Program-made: the position numbers and the translations under genes
Origin: Dehalococcoidia bacterium
Lineage (GTDB): Bacteria > Chloroflexota > Dehalococcoidia > Lucifugimonadales > JAAXIE01
Direction of reading: 5' to 3'
Assembly: GCA_965263155.1 (NCBI GenBank)
Contig: OZ253586.1
Coordinates: 2,091,002-2,155,001 of the forward strand
Length of the DNA stretch: 64,000 bases
The notes under the pieces: generated by a model
The model's database searches: none
What the model was told of the DNA's origin: nothing
The model's input: only the letters and a program-made list of their open reading frames with translations
Shown here: one piece after another, positions 28,083 through 38,207 of the stretch
Numbering within the stretch: position 1 is the first letter of the stretch
Layout: each line of letters starts with the position of its first letter

Positions 28083-29991
28083 TAGTCATCGCACCTCGCA
28101 AGAGGGCGTATGCGATGTTTGCATCTCCCCGCTGTTCCTTCGTGGTGAGCGCCATATTCGTGGACAGGACGCTCTAACGCGGTAGTGTCCCAAAGCACTG
28201 CCGCCAAGGTCCGACCGCTGTTCCAACACTTCTCTGCTTGCCATCAGGGTGCGTTCCAACCATCCCCACGCTGAGCTGTCCTCCTATCGATGTCTTCGCA
28301 CTACTGCTCAGCAGCGAATCGAGATGTTCCCAACAGATTCTATTGACTTGTCAATTGTCTCACTTGTCTCACCGTTCAATACCGATTGTAGCAGGGTGAT
28401 GAAAAACGTCTGAGAGGTATGGACGCGAAGGTGCGAATGGGAAGGCCTTTGGTCACGCTTGGCGCAGCACGAACGGGAGGCATTCAAGAATGGCACATCC
28501 GACCAGCAGGTCGAGAGTCTGGTGGAGCTCACCCCCGAGGGCTTGTAGTGCCAAGAGCCTTGTTCCCACAGATATTAGAAAAGCTTAGAGACATGAAGAG
28601 TACCAAGGCGCACAAGTCCGCTTTCCTATCAGCCTTCGGGGTAACGCGTGACCTTCTTGGTTTTCTTACGTACCGTTGTTCCAAAGAAGTTCTCTCGATA
28701 TATTTGGAACATGACACGAGTTTGGGCTCCTTCCAGATAAACAGAGGAGGCAGTTTGTCGAATCAGTAAGCGAGTACGCTCTTCAAGATGAAGACGCTAG
28801 CGCTCTAAGCGACGAAGGGCTCTGAAGCATCTTCACTAACGATGAATACGAGGAACTTGTAGGAAGACTCCGACTTGAACTTCTCCCGCGTCTTGAAGAA
28901 ATCCGGCTGGAATGGGAAAACAATCATTCGCCAAGCGACTCGTCGGAAGAGTACATGCAACCGCTCTTGAATTTTCTGAGGTCACTATTGGTGGAGTTCG
29001 GTGGAGACCAAGGCCTGGCTAACGACATTGGCGAATCAACAATGGTTGACTAAGGAATGGATTGAGGACAATCAGATAGACGAACTTGACAGAGATCCTA
29101 GGCAACTGGGAAACATAGAATCGCCAAACGGACCCGAGAGGACACGAAGCATCTTCGACGACATCGATGCAGACGAGCAATCAGAAACGGAATGATGGCG
29201 CCTCCCAACAAAGGGTGCGTTCCCGCAGCTCAGTGGCCACGAAAGGCCACCGAACATGCGTTTGCTGCGACCAGGGGACTACAGTTCGGGCTCTTGTAAT
29301 CGTCTGCGGCCCCGGGGATGCTCCCAGCGTAGTCGATCAGCAAGCCTCCACGGAAGTAAGGCTTAGACGGCTCACCGCGCCTGAAGCCAGCTTGCTTGGG
29401 CGGGGCAGTCGGCAATCCCGTGGGGTCCTGTAGGGGCGCTCACACATGAGCGCCCCTTCAAGCTCCACCACACGGGACAAAGTCAAGAACCTTCAAGCTG
29501 ACGTTCGTCCTAGACTTGTGATCACGCCCTAGTTCCACCCCGTTGGGCGCAAGCTGCGCTAGGAACAGCGTAACAGGCACGCCGACAACGGATGTAGCTG
29601 GCAGACGCCCCTGCTGTAGGTAGCAGGCGCGTCTTTCGCTCGTCTCAAGTTGTCGACTTATCACTCCCGTTGCACCGCCCTCGACCCTCGATCCACGAAA
29701 GTCGGGCCGCGGTCGGGCGGGGGAGCAGTGGGATTGGGCTCGTTTCGGGGGTTAACTTGGCGGAATAACCGACATAACCCGATAACCTCACGCATAGAGA
29801 GGCTGCAAAACACAACACACCCTCAAAAGAGTAGAATGGATGCCATTCGAGAGAAACCAGCAGCGTTGATGGGAGGACAGATACTATCCTTTAGGATATG
29901 CGTGGGTCGTCGGAACCAGTTATGGATGCCTGAAGTTGAAGCCCGACCCTCCTGTGACCATCGATACTATCCAAAGTAAGGCGGATTAACT

Positions 29992-32319
29992 ATGGGGAGA
30001 TTTGGCAACCTGTGTATTCTACTCCTAGCGGTCCTTCTGACGTTGCCCACCGTGACGGCTTGCAGTAACGAAAATCCTGCATTGTCACCCCCTGACTCTG
30101 CGACGGCTTCACCTGTGGCCGCAACCCCGGAGCCGACGTCTACATCAATTCCAAGGACCACAGAAGAACTCACTGCAACTGCGCTATCCTCTGCTACCGC
30201 TTTGCCTGTGACCGCAACGCCGGAGCCTACCGCCACGTCAAGTTCGATAACCATCGACTGCGATGATCCGCGCTTCACGAAGCAGATTTTGGAGCTATCG
30301 AAGGACAATCAAAATCCGTTCTCGGCACGTATCCTAAAATTGTATTCGGATGTGGAGGAGCAGGAACGAACGAAAAAGGTCTTGCGTTGTAAGGGCACGG
30401 CGACCTTAAGCCGAGGTGGCGAATCATATATTACGTATCACTATGAGATAGACCGTGACGACGACGCGTTCATTGGGTACGAGATTGGAGACCCTATCTC
30501 GACGCCTACACCTGACACGATATCCTCACCTGGATTCACCCTGGACAACCCTCTATCGGCGGGTGATGTCCTACAAGGCTCTGATGGTACAGAGATACGT
30601 GTCTTAGGCGTAGTCGAAGATGCCCGAAGGCAGGTAGCTGAGAAAAACCAGTTCAACGACCCACCGAAAAAGGGAATGCGTTTCTACATGATTTCCGTCG
30701 AAGTTTCCTATCCTTCTGGCAGTGGATCTGTTGCAGTGAGCGACTTAGACTTCAGTCTGATTGGGGAGAACCGCGTTGTGTACGGCCCATTCGATTACGA
30801 CTGCGGGGTCATACCCAACGAGCTTGATGGTGAAGTGTATGGCGGAGGCAGGATAGAGGGCAACATCTGCTTTGAGATTGCCGAGGACGAGGCAGGCTTC
30901 TTCTTGATACACGAACCCGGATTCGGAGCAGAATCGCGCCGTTTCCTCAGTCTCCCCTACAGTGAAGTCAAAGAGCCAACACCGACCCTGGAGGCGACGG
31001 CCTCCCCCACAACACCACCTGAGCCAACAGCTACCCCAACACCCGAATCCATGCCAACACAGACCCCTACCGCAACGACCATGCCCACTCTTTCGCCAAC
31101 TGCCGTGCCCAGTGCCACTCCAACGGCCTTACTCAATGCTCCGCATAGCGTTTCTGGTCAAGGAACGGACATAAAATTCGTCGATCTTCCTGCTGGGCAG
31201 TGGGTAGTACAGACCGACTTATCCAATAACACCGACAGAGACCTTACCCAGATCCAGGTTGGGGGCGACTACGTTGTGACCGTGTTCGATCAATCATGGA
31301 GCGGCCGGTCGCTCATCAACGTTGGGACAGAATACTCCGAAATCCCTCCCGGCAGGACTCCCATTGAGACGAGGACTGCACAGGGCGCTTCCTGGACGAT
31401 CACCTTTGTAGATGCGCCACCGGCCTCAGACCCCACCGAGCCGGTCTCCGGACAGGGTCAAGACGTGAAGTTCGTCGACCTCCCTAACGGCCAATGGGTA
31501 GTTGAGATAGAAGTCTCGGGGAACAAGGGTGGCTACATCGACAATTTCGGCGTGGATATTGGTGGAATGAGTGTTGTCGATGAAAGCGGACACACGTGGA
31601 GCGGCAGGAAGCTCATCACCGTAGGGAACGCATATAGTGAGATTCCGACGGGCAGCACGGCTATTGAGGTCGAGGCTGAAAGCTCTGCTATGTGGACCCT
31701 TACATTCATCCAGGCTTCCTCGCTCCCAGCGTCAGACTTCTTAGAGAGCGTTTCTGGTCAGGGAACGGACATAAAATTCGTCGATCTTCCTGCTGGGCAG
31801 TGGGTAGTACAGACCGACTTATCCAATAACACCGACAGAGACCTTACCCAGATCCAGGTTGGGGGCGACTACGTTGTGACCGTGTTCGATCAATCATGGA
31901 GCGGCCGGTCGCTCATCAACGTTGGGACAGAATACTCCGAAATCCCTCCCGGCAGGACTCCCATTGAGACGAGGACTGCACAGGGCGCTTCCTGGACGAT
32001 CACCTTTGTAGATGCGCCACCGGCCTCAGACCCCACCGAGCCGGTCTCCGGACAGGGTCAAGACGTGAAGTTCGTCGACCTCCCTAACGGCCAATGGGTA
32101 GTTGAGATAGAAGTCTCGGGGAACAAGGGTGGCTACATCGACAATTTCGGCGTGGATATTGGTGGAATGAGTGTTGTCGATGAAAGCGGACACACGTGGA
32201 GCGGCAGGAAGCTCATCACCGTAGGGAACGCATATAGTGAGATTCCGCCGGGCAGCACGGCTATTGAGGTCGAGGCTGAAAGCCCTGCTATGTGGACCCT
32301 TACATTCACCCGGCAGTAA
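29992..32319 (+). CDS. secreted lipoprotein with a DUF4352-like domain and four beta-rich repeat domains
   Basis: 775 aa. It has a lipobox (LPTVTAC) and PT-rich linkers. The block FYMISVEVSYPSGSGSVAVSDLDFSLIGENRVVY resembles DUF4352. The C-terminal half is an A-B-A-B arrangement of about 95-aa units (VSGQGxDxKFVDLPxGQWVV...). Confidence 0.85.
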   Translation: MGRFGNLCILLLAVLLTLPTVTACSNENPALSPPDSATASPVAATPEPTSTSIPRTTEELTATALSSATALPVTATPEPTATSSSITIDCDDPRFTKQILELSKDNQNPFSARILKLYSDVEEQERTKKVLRCKGTATLSRGGESYITYHYEIDRDDDAFIGYEIGDPISTPTPDTISSPGFTLDNPLSAGDVLQGSDGTEIRVLGVVEDARRQVAEKNQFNDPPKKGMRFYMISVEVSYPSGSGSVAVSDLDFSLIGENRVVYGPFDYDCGVIPNELDGEVYGGGRIEGNICFEIAEDEAGFFLIHEPGFGAESRRFLSLPYSEVKEPTPTLEATASPTTPPEPTATPTPESMPTQTPTATTMPTLSPTAVPSATPTALLNAPHSVSGQGTDIKFVDLPAGQWVVQTDLSNNTDRDLTQIQVGGDYVVTVFDQSWSGRSLINVGTEYSEIPPGRTPIETRTAQGASWTITFVDAPPASDPTEPVSGQGQDVKFVDLPNGQWVVEIEVSGNKGGYIDNFGVDIGGMSVVDESGHTWSGRKLITVGNAYSEIPTGSTAIEVEAESSAMWTLTFIQASSLPASDFLESVSGQGTDIKFVDLPAGQWVVQTDLSNNTDRDLTQIQVGGDYVVTVFDQSWSGRSLINVGTEYSEIPPGRTPIETRTAQGASWTITFVDAPPASDPTEPVSGQGQDVKFVDLPNGQWVVEIEVSGNKGGYIDNFGVDIGGMSVVDESGHTWSGRKLITVGNAYSEIPPGSTAIEVEAESPAMWTLTFTRQ
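31147..32310 (+). repeat. 600-bp tandem duplication, nearly identical copies
   Basis: 31147-31746 versus 31747-32310. I saw only about 3 mismatches by eye (for example CAAGG/CAGGG, CCGACG/CCGCCG, AGCTCT/AGCCCT). Confidence 0.95.
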
Positions 32320-32339
32320 GACTGGAGGGAGGGGGGACT

Positions 32340-32731
32340 CCTGTCGCACTGTCCTCTGTGAGATGACTACGGTGAGGTCTGCCTCACGAATACGGCCACG
32401 GACCTCCCTTTTCCAGTGCTCGTCTATCGCTGCATTCACCGACGAATCCTTGATGCTGAACGGAGATTCTGGTTTCTGGGCTTGGGCGACAAATTGCCTC
32501 GTAATTCCTTATCGTGGTCGGAGTCAAAGCTTATGAATGCTCGCTTGATAGGCAAATTGTCCTCCATTCTGCGTTGTGAGAGTCAGTCCCATGAAGAGTT
32601 GAGGTCTCGATGATATGAATGCCGTCGGCCGATAAATTAGGAATGTGATTCCTTGCCTGTCCCACCAAAGCATGGCTGAGGTCGTCATATTGGTCGAAAT
32701 CGAAGCTGATAAATGTAAGTTTCATGGCCAC
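32340..32731 (-). pseudogene. TIR-like (DUF1863/ThsB-like) gene remnant with a duplicated 5' end
   Basis: There are two tandem N-terminal pieces: MKLTFISFDFDQYDDLSHALVGQARNHIPN.. and ..IKRAFISFDSDHDKELRGN(fs)FVAQAQKPESPFSIKDSSVNAAIDEHWKREVRGRIREADLTVVI. Several frameshifts are present. The 3' end is overrun by the end of 29992..32319. I recognise the family pattern (FISF..eD......D.S.......W...I...I......vv.i) from memory only. Confidence 0.35.
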
Positions 32732-33595
32732 GGCTTCTCTCCTCCAGTCGCCATATCATGTCTCGTAACACCGGGCCGAACTCGGCACTGCCCTTGGCGA
32801 GACACCGTAATCCCAGCACTTGCCACCTCACGATTACTCTGCGCCTCGGCGGGATACGCTGAGGGTGACCTTGATGGGATAGAGTCGGCGCGCAGGTCCG
32901 GCAGTCCTTGCGAAGGCTGTCGTGGTGGGCAATTCGCTTCGTTCAGCGGGTTTTGTATTCCGCAAGCATCATAAGCGACTACTTGATTCACCTTAGCCTT
33001 AGCTCATCGGTTGGCTCTGAGGTATGGGCCACAACCAGAAGGGTGACGGGCAGGATGAATCCCAGCCTCAGGGTGAACCTCCCATATTCGGTCATCATCC
33101 TAAATGAATAAACCTCTCCCCCGCAAGCTGCGAGAGGAGTCTATGGAAGCCAGGATGGGGTAACACTTTGGACGGGGGGGCCTTCGTCGGCAACAACGAC
33201 TCTCATGGTCAACTAAGCAGGATCATGGCGCCACCGAGGACATACGGGACATTCCAAACAGTGTCTACAGTGTGAAGAAAGGCATGGCCGAGGGCGTCTA
33301 CATCATGCTGAAGATGCCGGAGGAAGCGTTTGGTGAGGTGTTCTGGCGTTTCTACCCACTCGGCAACACGGCCCAACCCGTCACGTCCCCCCAACGATGT
33401 CCTTTCAATCGTGGAGGCCAGCAGTGATGAACACCGCTTCGACATATTGCCGGGCGAAAACCCATTCCGGCATCTGCAAGAGCCTCTGAAAGCCGCCGTT
33501 GACCAGATCGGCCAAGCGTACTTGGACGCCATCTCGACAGTAACGTCAGACAGTTTCACGCGACGCCTCAGGCAGTTCCTAAATCGGGACGATCT

Positions 33596-33950
33596 TTTGC
33601 AGTCCCCGCCCAGATGAGGGCGCTCAGGGACTACGCCAAGAACAACAATTACGTCGTGGCCCGCGAGTATATCGACGAGGCCGAGAGCGGGCGCATCGCC
33701 GACCGGCCCGAGTTCCGCAAGATGATCGACGAGGGCAGCAGGGCCAACTCCCCCTTTCAGGTCATCCTGGTATGGAAGTTCTCCCGGTTCACCCGCAAAC
33801 GGGAGCACGCCGTGGCCTTCAAGTCTATGCGCCGGCGTCGTGGCATCAAGGTGACCTCCATAAAGGGCACGCCGATGACACTCCAACAGGCAAGCTGATG
33901 GAGGCCATTGTCGAAAGCGTGGACGAGTTCTATTCGGAGAATCTTGCTCC
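33596..33950 (+). pseudogene. serine recombinase (resolvase/invertase catalytic domain) fragment
   Basis: It reads Q..MRALRDYAKNNNYVVAREYIDEAESGRIADRPEFRKMID...FQVILVWKFSRFTRKREH, then after a frameshift DDTPTGKLMEAIVESVDEFYSENLA. The N-terminal catalytic Ser region and the whole C-terminal part are missing. Confidence 0.6.
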
Positions 33951-34256
33951 CATTCTCCGTGGCCCTGCATCTGCTGCTCTCCGGCTTCCTCGTTCGACGC
34001 GCATCCCCGTGACATTCTCGCCGGGTTGAACAACCCCCGTCGCGGGTCTATTCTGCCTTTGGTATCGCAGTCAAGTCGCGACATGTGACGCCAAGACGCA
34101 CTCAAGGTCCTACAACCCTCTGGGCGTATTCACGCCACGGCCTGTAGGCGCAGGTGGGCGGGACGCAATAGATATGCTCTGGTCACAGCCAAGTTATGGC
34201 TACTACTCGTAAAGAATTGTCCCACCCACGTTGTAGCAATAAAGGAGCTTTCTTCA

Positions 34257-35606
34257 ATGACCGGAATGAGTCAACTTTTGCGTATAGGGCCACTGATACT
34301 CCTTCTCTGCTTTCTGGTACTAGGCAATCGGGGGAACGCATTTGCTCAAGGGCAAGGTCAGTGCTCCGCCTACGACCCAGACATTGAGTGGCTGGAGTCC
34401 GTCTACGACCAATACTCCATCTGCTACACGGCTCAATACACCGACGATGTCGAGTTTGTAAGCGGGATCATAGAAGACGCGAAGCAGCTGATGAAAGACA
34501 AATACCAGTCGGACACGCTTCGCGATGGCAACACACGAACACTACACGTCAACATTATGCTTGTACCGGAGCCCAATCATGAGGCGACTGTCAGCAGTAC
34601 ACGATTCAAGTGTTGCTATGATTCATCAGGAAGGCTGAGCTCCCGCGGGCAATTCGCGCAAATACCATATCTGGCCCCCGGACACAGCGATTGGAGAGCG
34701 TCTCCTACTTTTGGTCGTGCTCGTCAAACCCCGGACAACTTCCATGCCAAGACCATCACGCATGAGTTTGTGCATGCCATTCAGCGTACGGTCTGGAGGG
34801 CAAGCCAGAATGTGCCACAATGGTTCAGTGAGGGCCAAGCGGAATACGACGGGATGTTCCACACCACTGAATACAACCGGACCATTGCCTTTAGAAATCT
34901 AGTCGACCTTGTCTATCGCCGACATAGGGATGATATCCTCTTGGGTCAGACTCTTGCGAGCGACGAGACCACTCTCGTAGTCGCAGACATCTACGGTAGC
35001 GCAAATATCGTGCTGAAGTACCTGTCGGGGCGTCTTGGAGAAGGGTTCCAACTGCGTCTCATGAAGCATAGTGAGCCGACATTCAATGAGGCCCTGACGG
35101 CTGAAATCGAGACCGCTGGGACGAGTATGCAAGCGGAGTTCGCAGGACTGCGCGATTGGCTGGATAGGTGTTATGCCAACTCACACGACTGCGATGTTGA
35201 AAGGATCGCAGCCAGCGGAGAGGCCGGGGCTGCGGATGACGTTGATAGTCCAAACGCTGATCCAGACGAGGACAGGGGCACTGGTGGAGGAGATGTCGAA
35301 CCGGACCCACCATCCAAGCCAAGCGTATCCCTATCCTTAGCCCAGCCGCAAGTAGGTGTGAGCTTGACGGCTATGGTCAGTGACCCAGAGACTGGGATCA
35401 GCAGCGCTAATTGGAAGTGGGAGAGTTCAGCGGATGGGACAACCGGTTGGTCGTTGGTAGCCATTGGTGGTGGCCTCTCCAGCACCTACACTCCGTCCGA
35501 ACCCGATGCTGGGAAACGTCTGCGGGCTACCGCCACTTACAGGACCTCCGACGGCCATACCAAGCGGGCTTCGGCCATATCTGACCTACAGGTGGTGAAT
35601 GAATGA
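34257..35606 (+). CDS. secreted HExxH metallopeptidase-like protein with a C-terminal W-x-W-E repeat domain
   Basis: It has a signal peptide (LILLLCFLVLGNRGNAFAQG) and ITHEFVHAIQ (HExxH). The C-terminal unit ANWKWESSADGTTGW....YTPSEPDAGKRLRATATY is the same repeat type as in 60934..62190. Confidence 0.8.
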   Translation: MTGMSQLLRIGPLILLLCFLVLGNRGNAFAQGQGQCSAYDPDIEWLESVYDQYSICYTAQYTDDVEFVSGIIEDAKQLMKDKYQSDTLRDGNTRTLHVNIMLVPEPNHEATVSSTRFKCCYDSSGRLSSRGQFAQIPYLAPGHSDWRASPTFGRARQTPDNFHAKTITHEFVHAIQRTVWRASQNVPQWFSEGQAEYDGMFHTTEYNRTIAFRNLVDLVYRRHRDDILLGQTLASDETTLVVADIYGSANIVLKYLSGRLGEGFQLRLMKHSEPTFNEALTAEIETAGTSMQAEFAGLRDWLDRCYANSHDCDVERIAASGEAGAADDVDSPNADPDEDRGTGGGDVEPDPPSKPSVSLSLAQPQVGVSLTAMVSDPETGISSANWKWESSADGTTGWSLVAIGGGLSSTYTPSEPDAGKRLRATATYRTSDGHTKRASAISDLQVVNE

Positions 35607-36868
35607 GAACGGCAATCGTCTTTGTAGCTCTGGTTCTGCTCTTGAGCGGGCTGGGATGCTCCTCGGGACTTACTGAGGTAGAGGTCAGGCAAATGGTCGA
35701 GGAATATTCCGTGCCTGGCCCCAAGGGTGACGCGGGAGAGCCAGGCGCTCAAGCTCCTCAGGGTGAACAAGGCCCGAAGGGGGATACCGGTGATGCCGGT
35801 GAGGCAGGACAAGTCGGTCCACAAGGTGAACGGGGGGAGGAGGGGTCGCAAGGGGAGGTCGGACCGAAGGGAGGCTCCGGTGACACTGGTGCAGAAGGGC
35901 AGAAAGGTGATGCGGGAACTCAGGGAACTCAGGGAACTCAGGGTGAAGCCGGACCCGGGGGCCAGAAGGGGGAACGAGGAGCGCCTTACGCGATCCTCGA
36001 TCGGGCACAGTTGGTGGAGCGCGTAAGCGAGGCATTGGTTGGGATCAGAACGCCCGTTGGTCGGGGTTCCGGGTTCATCTTTGACACTATAGGGTGGGTG
36101 ATTACCAACTCCAGCATCGTGTTTGGATCTGAAATGGTCGACGTTATCTTGGCGGATGGAACTATTGAGCAGGGTACTGTCGTCGGGCGATACCAGGATG
36201 TGGGGCTTGCTGTGGTCCGTATTGAGGCTGAACGGTCCTTCTCCTCAATCGCATGGGCCAATGATGACACGGTCTTTGCCGGAGATGAGGTGCTCGCTCT
36301 GGGATACGCCGGTGCGGACGTGGGCTGGTTAGTATCGGTATCCTCTGGGGTCATCTCGGCCAAGGGTACATGCCCTGACGGCAGCTACGATCCCAGCCTA
36401 TCGGTCGAGTGCATTCAGACCGACGCAAGCATCAACACCGCGAACAGTGGTGGTCCATTGATCAACCTGGTGGGAGAGGTAGTCGGCATAAATCTCAGCC
36501 CTCCACAGAGTTTGGAGGAGGAGGGATTCGCAATCTCCCAGAGATGGGCTCGTGAATATATTCCAGATATGATGAGCGGATGGTCCTTGATGCCGCCAAG
36601 AGAGTTCGAGGTCTCTCCCGGCGAGTCACAGGAAGTGCCGTTCGATGCATCTGGAACTTGGGCAATGCATCTTGTAATGTCATCCAGCGAACCGCTAACC
36701 GTTGAGCTACTCGGATGCCCCGGTACGGGTAGATGGTCAGGCACAGATTCCCTCAATTGGATATGGCATCGGACTTGTTCGGGAGATCTACGCCTAGCCT
36801 TCGACAACCGACAGGCACGGCCCGCTCAAGTGGACCTGTTCTTCCGGTTACTTATAATCTCAGGATAG
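35603..36868 (+). CDS. lipoprotein with a collagen-like Gly-X-Y region fused to a trypsin-like (S1/HtrA-type) serine protease domain
   Basis: There is a 4-bp ATGA overlap with the upstream gene. The lipobox is LLLSGLGC. An uninterrupted G-X-Y run of about 33 triplets begins GPKGDAGEPG..GQKGERG. Protease motifs are GSGFIFD..GWVITNSSIV and TDASINTANSGGPLIN. Confidence 0.85.
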   Translation: MRTAIVFVALVLLLSGLGCSSGLTEVEVRQMVEEYSVPGPKGDAGEPGAQAPQGEQGPKGDTGDAGEAGQVGPQGERGEEGSQGEVGPKGGSGDTGAEGQKGDAGTQGTQGTQGEAGPGGQKGERGAPYAILDRAQLVERVSEALVGIRTPVGRGSGFIFDTIGWVITNSSIVFGSEMVDVILADGTIEQGTVVGRYQDVGLAVVRIEAERSFSSIAWANDDTVFAGDEVLALGYAGADVGWLVSVSSGVISAKGTCPDGSYDPSLSVECIQTDASINTANSGGPLINLVGEVVGINLSPPQSLEEEGFAISQRWAREYIPDMMSGWSLMPPREFEVSPGESQEVPFDASGTWAMHLVMSSSEPLTVELLGCPGTGRWSGTDSLNWIWHRTCSGDLRLAFDNRQARPAQVDLFFRLLIISG

Positions 36869-37038
36869 GGTTTGTGGCATGAGCGGCGTGGCTTAGAGGG
36901 ACACCAAGGCTTGGGATGCTGGTCTGATGTTAGTTAAGCGATTCTACTGTAGCAGGTGTAACCTGCCTCGTGAAGTCACGGGACTGGATTACAGCCAAGC
37001 ATGATCTGCCCCCCAAAGCTAGCCTCGCATCCCAGGTC

Positions 37039-38142
37039 CTAGTTATGGCAGCCCCTCGCCTCTATGTCCCAAACCGTCTCCACCACACCATTCCTTACGC
37101 CAATGAACCGGTCCCAGCGGCTGACCATGGCGTCCTGCTGGCCAGGAATCAGCAAGACTTGGTCGCCGATTTCCAAGGTCGCCCCGCCACCTACTCGGAA
37201 AACTATCCTGTCCCCATCCATTTCAGTGACGATGACGCCGGGCGGGTCTTCCACGCGTGGAAGACCCTTTAGCCCGCCTACCGCTTTCGCGCCGGCATCC
37301 CCAACAGCCACTCCCGATCGAGGCGCGCTGATAATGGTGGTCAGCACCTTGCCAGCAAACTGGAAATCGGGCATATACTCGTATCCCGTCTCCATAATCA
37401 GGTAGGTGCCACCCTGAACCTCGGTAACGCCGGGCATATCGCCAGCCACGTCGTAGCTCCAGGTCTCTCCAGTCGAGATAATTTCCACCGGCAGGCCGAC
37501 CGCCACGATAGCGTCCTTCAAGTCAAGTACCGGTTGAACCAGACGGTGTATCTCGGTAACCCGGTCCTCCCGGTCTGAAGAAGGTTCAGCCATCATCTGG
37601 TGGCTCATAATCCCCTTGAAGGTAAGGCCGGGCAGCGAGTCAATCAATTGGGCTAGAGCCACTCCCGATTCGATCTCCCGGACACCACAGCGGACCAGCC
37701 CGGTCTCCTGCTCAATGACTACCCCTATGTGGACGCCCTGGGCTGACGCTGCCAGGGAGAGATCGCGCGCGTTCTTCTCGCTGTCGCAGGCCACCAACAA
37801 TTCCGCCTCACGGGCCAGGGTACAAAGGCGTTCAATCTTCAGCGGCACGACCACCTCACTGGTGATGAAGACGCTGCCCACGCCGCCGCGCACCATCACC
37901 TCTGCCTCGGCGACCTTGGCGGTGCAGACCCCGCCAACAGTACCGCCCCGGCGGATTTGCCGCAGGGCCAAGGCCGGCGTCTTGTGGTTCTTGCTGTGGC
38001 CCCGCAGCTTGCTGCTACGCCCCTCGTAGAAGTCGGCCATCACGCCCATATTGCCGTCCAGCGCGTCCATATCCAGAATCAGGCAGGGCGTGTCCAGTTC
38101 CGACAACGGCGTACCGGGTTGGGGTCGATAAAGTTCGTGCAT
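37039..38142 (-). CDS. DSD1-like PLP enzyme (alanine-racemase-N fold; D-serine dehydratase / D-threonine aldolase family)
   Basis: The likely start is ATG 38142, with GGAGG 8 nt upstream. The motifs are LDTPCLILDMDALDGNM and LRGHSKNHKTPALALRQ (PLP lysine region). It is a paralogue of the next gene. Confidence 0.8.
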   Translation of the reverse strand: MHELYRPQPGTPLSELDTPCLILDMDALDGNMGVMADFYEGRSSKLRGHSKNHKTPALALRQIRRGGTVGGVCTAKVAEAEVMVRGGVGSVFITSEVVVPLKIERLCTLAREAELLVACDSEKNARDLSLAASAQGVHIGVVIEQETGLVRCGVREIESGVALAQLIDSLPGLTFKGIMSHQMMAEPSSDREDRVTEIHRLVQPVLDLKDAIVAVGLPVEIISTGETWSYDVAGDMPGVTEVQGGTYLIMETGYEYMPDFQFAGKVLTTIISAPRSGVAVGDAGAKAVGGLKGLPRVEDPPGVIVTEMDGDRIVFRVGGGATLEIGDQVLLIPGQQDAMVSRWDRFIGVRNGVVETVWDIEARGCHN

Positions 38143-38207
38143 ACCAAGACCTCCATGGATAGCCTCATCCTTCGCCCTCCGGACGAGTGGCGAGGTGAGA
38201 GCCCCGT

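Noticed and set aside
33209-34105. 298-aa minus-strand ORF
   Set aside because: It overlaps recognisable plus-strand recombinase and other gene fragments. It has no motifs and looks like a chance open frame in GC-rich DNA.
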